In this document: positions 58,532 through 64,000 of the stretch, in pieces | Position numbering within the stretch: the stretch's first letter is position 1 | Layout of the letters: every line of letters begins with the position of its first letter | Assembly (NCBI GenBank): GCA_963667035.1 | Contig: OY762964.1 | Location: 800,001-864,000 of the forward strand | Direction: 5' to 3' | Source: Candidatus Cloacimonadales bacterium | Lineage (GTDB): Bacteria; Cloacimonadota; Cloacimonadia; Cloacimonadales; JAFGVF01 | Length of the DNA stretch: 64,000 nucleotides | Notes under the pieces: model-generated | Database searches by the model: none | Seen by the model: only the letters and a program-made list of their open reading frames with translations | Told to the model about the DNA's origin: nothing | Program-made: the position numbers and the translations under genes

Positions 58532-60644
58532 GAGTCTATTCAGTAGAACTCAAAGCCTGATTTACTATATTAGGGCAAACCATGCAGTAGAGAATACTAT
58601 TGCTGCAGTTATTCTCACTGCAGTATTTTTTCTTAGCTCATTTATTGAATTAAGGATACCTCAGAGCACGATTGTTGAGGGGCAAGTTAGCGATAAGGAT
58701 ATTATCGCTCCATTCTCTTTTGAAGTGAAGAAGGATGAAGCTCAACTACAAGCGGAAAGAGATAGTAAATTCCATAATCTCAGCCCTGTATATGTCCTGT
58801 CTGAAAGTGTTAACTACCAAATTATACAGAATCTAAATCACCTTTTTACTAATCTGTACTCCTTTAAAGAGACTGGAAACAAGGAGCAGATGAAGAGTTA
58901 TATCACTAACTTGGGCTATGAAGTAAGTTATACCGAGATTAACTTTTTGTTTGATGGTAACAATCTCCAGAGAGTATGGGATTATGTGATGATAAAAAGT
59001 GATTCACTTCTTGCTTCAGGTTTACTTGAAGCACCTGTGGATGATACTATTATCTTTGAAAACGATGGAAGAACCAGAGCTGTTGAGACCAGTGAATTTC
59101 TAAAAATATCCAAAGCTGCAAGAGATTTATCTACTGCTTTCAATAATGACGATATTCAAGGTTTTATTGAATACATTCTATTTCTTCACTTGGAACCTAA
59201 CATAGTTATTGATAGGAATAAGACTGATGAATTAGTTAAAACCCAAAAACAAAAACTTAAACCAGTACTGGACGTAATCCAAAAGAATGAGATAATAATA
59301 AGGAAGAATACTAAGATTTCACATCTTGAATACCTTAAATATCAATCAATGATAAATTCCAAGGAATATATGAATTGGAATAATCGTAAGAAAGTTCTTA
59401 TTGTTCGCATATTGGGTTATGGTCTAATAGTCTTTTTACTACTTTCAGCTTTAAGATATATGCTATCAAAGTTGACTCTGGAAGTAAGCAATAAGAGCTA
59501 TATGTTACTTTTGATACTTCTTGTTTCTGAAGTACTTCTATATCTACTTATTGTTGATATATCGGGTCTCTCGTCCTATATATTTCCGTTAATATTCTTT
59601 ATACTGCTACCTGCCGTTGTAATATCTACAACAACAGGCTTAGTTTTCGGAGCTTTTCTACTAATTATAAATCTATTGACTTTTAGCTTGGATAACAATC
59701 TACAACTATATCATGCCTTGATAGCAACAGCAGCACTGATATATCTGGATAGACTCACAGTTAAGCAAACATATTCTACACTATCTTGGATGCTACTGAT
59801 TACATGTGCGATAATTGTTATGGCGATAGGATTAGTAGTAAGTATTCCGTTGTTCAGAACAGTAAATAATCTAATATTCAGTGAAATAGCAATTGTTGTT
59901 TCTATGGCAGGACTTATCTCATTAGCGAATTGGACAGAATCGAAGCTGGATACAGTTTCCAACAATCAATTGATTAGTATGATTGATTTTAATCATCCTC
60001 TACTGAAGAAATTGGCGACAGAAGCTCCCGGAACATATCATCATTCTTTAGTAGTAAGTAATTTAGCAGAAAGAGCAGCAGAAGAGATCGGCTCTGACTA
60101 TCTCTTAGCCAGAGTTGGAAGCTACTATCATGATATAGGTAAACTTAAAAATCCAAGTATGTTTACCGAAAACAATGAGCACTCGGACAGATTACATAGC
60201 CAAATGGGGTATGATGAGAGTGCCGAGTTCATAAAAGAGCATGTAAGTTACGGAATTCAACTTGCTAAACAATACAAATTACCTAATGCTGTAATGGATA
60301 TAATTTTGACTCATCATGGTACGCAGGCGATAAAATATTTCCTTAAGATGGCTCAAGAGAATAACCTTGAAACTCCGCACTCAACATTCTATTACAACGG
60401 ACCTAAACCTCAATCGAAGATTGCTGCTATCATAATGATTTCGGATATTGTAGAATCAAAAACAAAAGTCTTCAATGAGTTTAAACCTCAAATAGTAGAT
60501 GAAACTCTTGACTCGTTGATTAAGAACAAGCAGTTAAGTGATTGTGATTTGTCCTTTAAAGAACTTGGTCAGATTAAAGAGGTTATGAATGTTGTTCTGA
60601 GTAGTATCTATCGTAAACGTAAAGATTACAAACTGGATGAATAG
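58521..60644 (+). CDS. 7TM-HD phosphohydrolase (PgpH-like)
   Basis: Extracytoplasmic domain, TM block, HPLL..APGTYHHS, YHDIGK, HHGT. Confidence 0.88.
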   Translation: MMSKSLFSRTQSLIYYIRANHAVENTIAAVILTAVFFLSSFIELRIPQSTIVEGQVSDKDIIAPFSFEVKKDEAQLQAERDSKFHNLSPVYVLSESVNYQIIQNLNHLFTNLYSFKETGNKEQMKSYITNLGYEVSYTEINFLFDGNNLQRVWDYVMIKSDSLLASGLLEAPVDDTIIFENDGRTRAVETSEFLKISKAARDLSTAFNNDDIQGFIEYILFLHLEPNIVIDRNKTDELVKTQKQKLKPVLDVIQKNEIIIRKNTKISHLEYLKYQSMINSKEYMNWNNRKKVLIVRILGYGLIVFLLLSALRYMLSKLTLEVSNKSYMLLLILLVSEVLLYLLIVDISGLSSYIFPLIFFILLPAVVISTTTGLVFGAFLLIINLLTFSLDNNLQLYHALIATAALIYLDRLTVKQTYSTLSWMLLITCAIIVMAIGLVVSIPLFRTVNNLIFSEIAIVVSMAGLISLANWTESKLDTVSNNQLISMIDFNHPLLKKLATEAPGTYHHSLVVSNLAERAAEEIGSDYLLARVGSYYHDIGKLKNPSMFTENNEHSDRLHSQMGYDESAEFIKEHVSYGIQLAKQYKLPNAVMDIILTHHGTQAIKYFLKMAQENNLETPHSTFYYNGPKPQSKIAAIIMISDIVESKTKVFNEFKPQIVDETLDSLIKNKQLSDCDLSFKELGQIKEVMNVVLSSIYRKRKDYKLDE

Positions 60645-61068
60645 AATGATTGAGCTTCAATACGAAAACAAATCTGGTAAAGAACAGAATCAGAAATTGT
60701 TTGAAGAGATCTTTTGTCTTGTATCAGAAAAAGAAGGTCTGTCTGAAGATTCGAGCCTATCTTTAACTATAGTAGATTCGGATGAGATGAGGGGATTGAA
60801 TGGTCGATATAGAGGTTTATTCAAATCAACCGATGTTCTGAGTTTCCCTTGTGAATTGGATTTCGTACCGTTTCTGGGAGATATTATCATTGACATTTAT
60901 ACTGCTGACAGGCAAAAGGGAATCAATTCTCTGTCTGAGGAGCTACAAATACTGTTTTTACATGGGCTCTTACATTTACTTGGGTATGACCATTTATCGG
61001 TTAAACAAAAGAAGGAAATGGAAGACAAAGAAAAATACTATATTAATTTATTAAGGAGTAAACCGTAA
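60637..61068 (+). CDS. ybeY: rRNA maturation endoribonuclease YbeY
   Basis: TDVLSF, LGDIII, HGLLHLLGYDH. Confidence 0.94.
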   Translation: MNRMIELQYENKSGKEQNQKLFEEIFCLVSEKEGLSEDSSLSLTIVDSDEMRGLNGRYRGLFKSTDVLSFPCELDFVPFLGDIIIDIYTADRQKGINSLSEELQILFLHGLLHLLGYDHLSVKQKKEMEDKEKYYINLLRSKP

Positions 61069-61070
61069 CA

Positions 61071-62348
61071 GTGGACACCTTTTCGTGGATTTCACTAATA
61101 ATTCTTCTCTGTTTATCTGCATTTTTTTCCGGATCGGAAACCTCATTCTTTTCTCTAAATAAGATTCAATTGAAAAAGATGGAAGGTTCTGAAAAACAAG
61201 GAGAACGCCGTATATTGAGACTTCTAAAAAACTCAAATTTTTTATTGATTACAATTCTTTTAGGCAATACATTAGTTAACATTGCCTTTTCATCTCAAAC
61301 AACGGTTTTAGCTATTAGCTTACAAGAAAAGTTCGGATGGAATATCTCAGAATCATTTCTTCTCTTCTTACAAGTTATTGTTACAACAATGATTATTCTT
61401 ATTTTTGGAGAAATCATTCCAAAGTTAATAGCCTATTCAATATCTGATCGGTTTGCCAGAAGAGTTGCTACTCCAATTGCAATTATGCAGATAGTTTTAT
61501 GGCCTATATTGAAACTGTTTGATTTACTGAATAACCTTATTTCCAAATCAAACGGCATAAGCGAACAACAACGGCAAATCCTTACTTCTGAGGACTTTAG
61601 AAATATAATAAATTCAGAGACTTCCGATCATCCGTTAGAGGATAATGAGAAGAAGATTATTGCAAGCATTTTAGAGTTCTCAACTACTGAAGTTAGAGAA
61701 ATCATTATTCCTCGTGTCGATATTGTTGCTGTTGAGGAAAATGATTCAATTGAAGTGCTAAAGCAGAAAATCGTGGAGTCTGGTTTTTCTCGTATACCTG
61801 TTTACAAAGATACGATAGACGATATAACAGGTGTTATCTATGCGAAAGATATTTTGTTATATCCTGAGAAGACTGAGCTACAACAGTTAGTTAGACAACC
61901 TTATTTTGTTACTGAAAACATGAAGATACAAACACTTCTGAACCAATTTAAGAGTCAGAAATTGCAAATAGCTCTTGTAGTTGATGAATATGGTGGAACA
62001 TCAGGATTGATAACCTTAGAGGATATTCTTGAGGAACTAGTTGGTGATATTCAAGATGAGTATGATGATGATGTGACACCTGAACTCAGAAAAATAAGTG
62101 AAATAGAATATATAATCAGCGGTATGTTCTCAATCAACGATTTCAACAGCATTTTCAATCAAGATATAAACACAGAAGAATTTGATAATCTGGCAGATTA
62201 TCTGTTAGTTCAATTTAACCATCTACCTGTATTGCATGAGTCAATTACTATTAATGAGCTAACTTTCAAGATTTCTGATATTAAAAATCAACGAATAAAC
62301 TTCGTTCATATACTAATAAATGAACAAACGGAGCAAAGTGAAGATTAA
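61071..62348 (+). CDS. HlyC/CorC (CNNM-CBS) family protein
   Basis: SAFFSGSETS, FGEIIPK, SRIPVY, VVDEYGG..EDILEELVG. Confidence 0.92.
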   Translation: MDTFSWISLIILLCLSAFFSGSETSFFSLNKIQLKKMEGSEKQGERRILRLLKNSNFLLITILLGNTLVNIAFSSQTTVLAISLQEKFGWNISESFLLFLQVIVTTMIILIFGEIIPKLIAYSISDRFARRVATPIAIMQIVLWPILKLFDLLNNLISKSNGISEQQRQILTSEDFRNIINSETSDHPLEDNEKKIIASILEFSTTEVREIIIPRVDIVAVEENDSIEVLKQKIVESGFSRIPVYKDTIDDITGVIYAKDILLYPEKTELQQLVRQPYFVTENMKIQTLLNQFKSQKLQIALVVDEYGGTSGLITLEDILEELVGDIQDEYDDDVTPELRKISEIEYIISGMFSINDFNSIFNQDINTEEFDNLADYLLVQFNHLPVLHESITINELTFKISDIKNQRINFVHILINEQTEQSED

Positions 62349-63060
62349 ACAGTTTTTCTTAGTTGTACTCCTACTTTCTACATTTACACTTAAAGCCAGC
62401 TATCTTGAATACAAAGTGAAGGTTTTCGGAATCACTAACTCAGTTATTCAAGTTAACCATGCTGTTACAGATACTTTAGGAATATTTGATGTTCATGTAA
62501 AGACTTTCAAAGCAATAAGTGTATTCTCAAATGTAGACAACTATTATCACTCTACTTATGTAAATGGTTTTAGAACTAATTATCTCAGAAAAAGAATAGC
62601 TCAATCTAAATACTCAGAGGATAGAGAGATTGTGATAGATAATAACATAGCTTATATGAAAGACTTAGCCAAAGGAACAGAGGAACAGTACAATGTCTTT
62701 AGTGACACTTCCGACTTGTTTGGCGGTTTATTCAAGATTAGCAAGGATGATGATTTTACTGGATCGTTTCACATATTCTCTAATAGACATATCTGGAGAG
62801 CCGTTTATGAGGATAAAGAAGTTGAGACTATAAATACTGAGCTTGGAAAGTTCGAAGCTCATCGTATAGAAGTTCATTTCCTTAAGATATCTGAGGGTGA
62901 TTTCAAGTGTACAGATATATTTACTAACAATGTCCTGAGAGAAAATCAATTACTCGAGTTATGGATTTCAGAAGATAAACAGATCCCTTTGAAAGCAATT
63001 CTACACCACCCTAAGCATAAAGTCTATTGGAATATATCGGATTATAGAAATGAGAATTAA
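62320..63060 (+). CDS. exported DUF3108-like protein
   Basis: Signal peptide; ETINTELGKFEA..LWISED..IPLK. Confidence 0.6.
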   Translation: MNKRSKVKIKQFFLVVLLLSTFTLKASYLEYKVKVFGITNSVIQVNHAVTDTLGIFDVHVKTFKAISVFSNVDNYYHSTYVNGFRTNYLRKRIAQSKYSEDREIVIDNNIAYMKDLAKGTEEQYNVFSDTSDLFGGLFKISKDDDFTGSFHIFSNRHIWRAVYEDKEVETINTELGKFEAHRIEVHFLKISEGDFKCTDIFTNNVLRENQLLELWISEDKQIPLKAILHHPKHKVYWNISDYRNEN

Positions 63061-63427
63061 TCGTAGAGTCAGGTTCGTAATATTTGTCCTGTGGATGTTG
63101 CTAATTTTTGCTGTCTCATCATGGCCGTCTTTACAAAGTCCTGAAATAGGTATCATTGGAGTAGATAAGATAGCACATTTTACTCAGTATTTCATAGCCG
63201 GTATTCTTTTGGCTCTATATCTCAAATCGAAACAAACAGTAATGAAGATAATCATAGTAAGATTTACTCTACTAGCTCTATTCTGTATCGTCGACGAGAT
63301 ACATCAATTATGGATTCCGGGTCGGTCTGTCTCCATTTATGATGCTATAGCTAATCTTTCAGGAATCTTTTTTTCTTTACTTATTTCTCTTTATGGCTTA
63401 AAACGATTATGTTATAAGAAGAATTAA
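63050..63427 (+). CDS. VanZ-like membrane protein
   Basis: DKIAHF, DEIHQ..IPGR..D..AN. Confidence 0.88.
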   Translation: MRINRRVRFVIFVLWMLLIFAVSSWPSLQSPEIGIIGVDKIAHFTQYFIAGILLALYLKSKQTVMKIIIVRFTLLALFCIVDEIHQLWIPGRSVSIYDAIANLSGIFFSLLISLYGLKRLCYKKN

Positions 63428-63444
63428 TAGTAAAGGAGTTAATT

Positions 63445-63816
63445 ATGAAAGCAATTCACACATACAATGCTCCACAAGCAGTGGGACCATATTCTCAAGC
63501 AACTTTAAAAAACAATACTTTATATGTATCGGGACAACTTGGCATAGATCCTAAGACCGGAGAATTCCAGATAGGTTTTATAGCACAAACTGAACAAATC
63601 TTTGCTAATCTAAGAGCTATTTTAAGTGAAGCTGACTTCTCATTTACAGATGTAGTTAAAGTTACTGTTTACTTATCAGATATGCTATATTTCCATGATA
63701 TGAACCAAGTATACGCAAAGTATTTCTCTGAACCATTTCCGGCAAGAGAGGCTGTTGAGGTTGCCCAACTTCCCAAGAACGGAATGATAGAAATATCTTT
63801 AATAGCAATGAGGTGA
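63445..63816 (+). CDS. ridA: RidA enamine/imine deaminase
   Basis: GPYSQA, SGQ, PAR.AVEV..LP..IEI. Confidence 0.92.
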   Translation: MKAIHTYNAPQAVGPYSQATLKNNTLYVSGQLGIDPKTGEFQIGFIAQTEQIFANLRAILSEADFSFTDVVKVTVYLSDMLYFHDMNQVYAKYFSEPFPAREAVEVAQLPKNGMIEISLIAMR

Positions 63817-63823
63817 TTGAAAT

Positions 63824-64000
63824 ATGTCAATAAGTACTAAGACCGGAGATAAAGGTACAACAGGGCTTTGGAGCGGACAGAGAGTAAAAAAGAATTCTGT
63901 AAGAGTAGAAGCTTACGGAACAATTGATGAGCTTGATACTCATCTTTCGGAAGCACTTTTATTTGTTAAGGATGAATACTCAAGAGAAATAATACTGGAA
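63824..64000 (+). CDS. PduO-type cob(I)alamin adenosyltransferase (runs off window)
   Basis: MSISTKTGDKGTTGL..RVKK..RVEAYGTIDEL. Confidence 0.88.
   Translation, partial: MSISTKTGDKGTTGLWSGQRVKKNSVRVEAYGTIDELDTHLSEALLFVKDEYSREIILE

Overview
AT-rich bacterial chromosomal window. Secreted proteins ending in YPNPFNP-type (T9SS/FlgD-like) or FN3-like C-terminal domains, PPi-type PFK, GXHH-type IleRS2 and a DUF2723 glycosyltransferase suggest an FCB-group anaerobe, plausibly Ca. Cloacimonadota (inference). Most of it is housekeeping: tonB-exbB-exbD, pfk, xerC, csp, ygiQ, mrfAB, gdhA, sugar ABC permeases and an ileS...pgpH-ybeY-corC...ridA-pduO run. Accessory features: (1) a 5'-truncated tRNA-Asp followed by a two-gene cassette, a Dam-like m6A methyltransferase plus a 785-aa PD-(D/E)XK-DGQHR-HEPN fusion, which is a candidate undescribed defence system; (2) two non-coding arrays with identical architecture (short cores phased at 11 bp, then the same cores inverted at 11 bp) but different core sequences; (3) an MrfA-type helicase with an HNH domain inserted near its DUF1998 end; (4) an XRE antitoxin-like plus SecB-like pair with no toxin; (5) a RAYT transposase with 197-bp REP arrays and a separate hotspot of mixed palindromes; (6) an IS3 element; (7) a complete sigma54 module; (8) several genes with TTGAC 34-36 nt before the ATG, suggesting leaderless mRNAs. 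All family calls come from motif recognition by eye; no searches were run.
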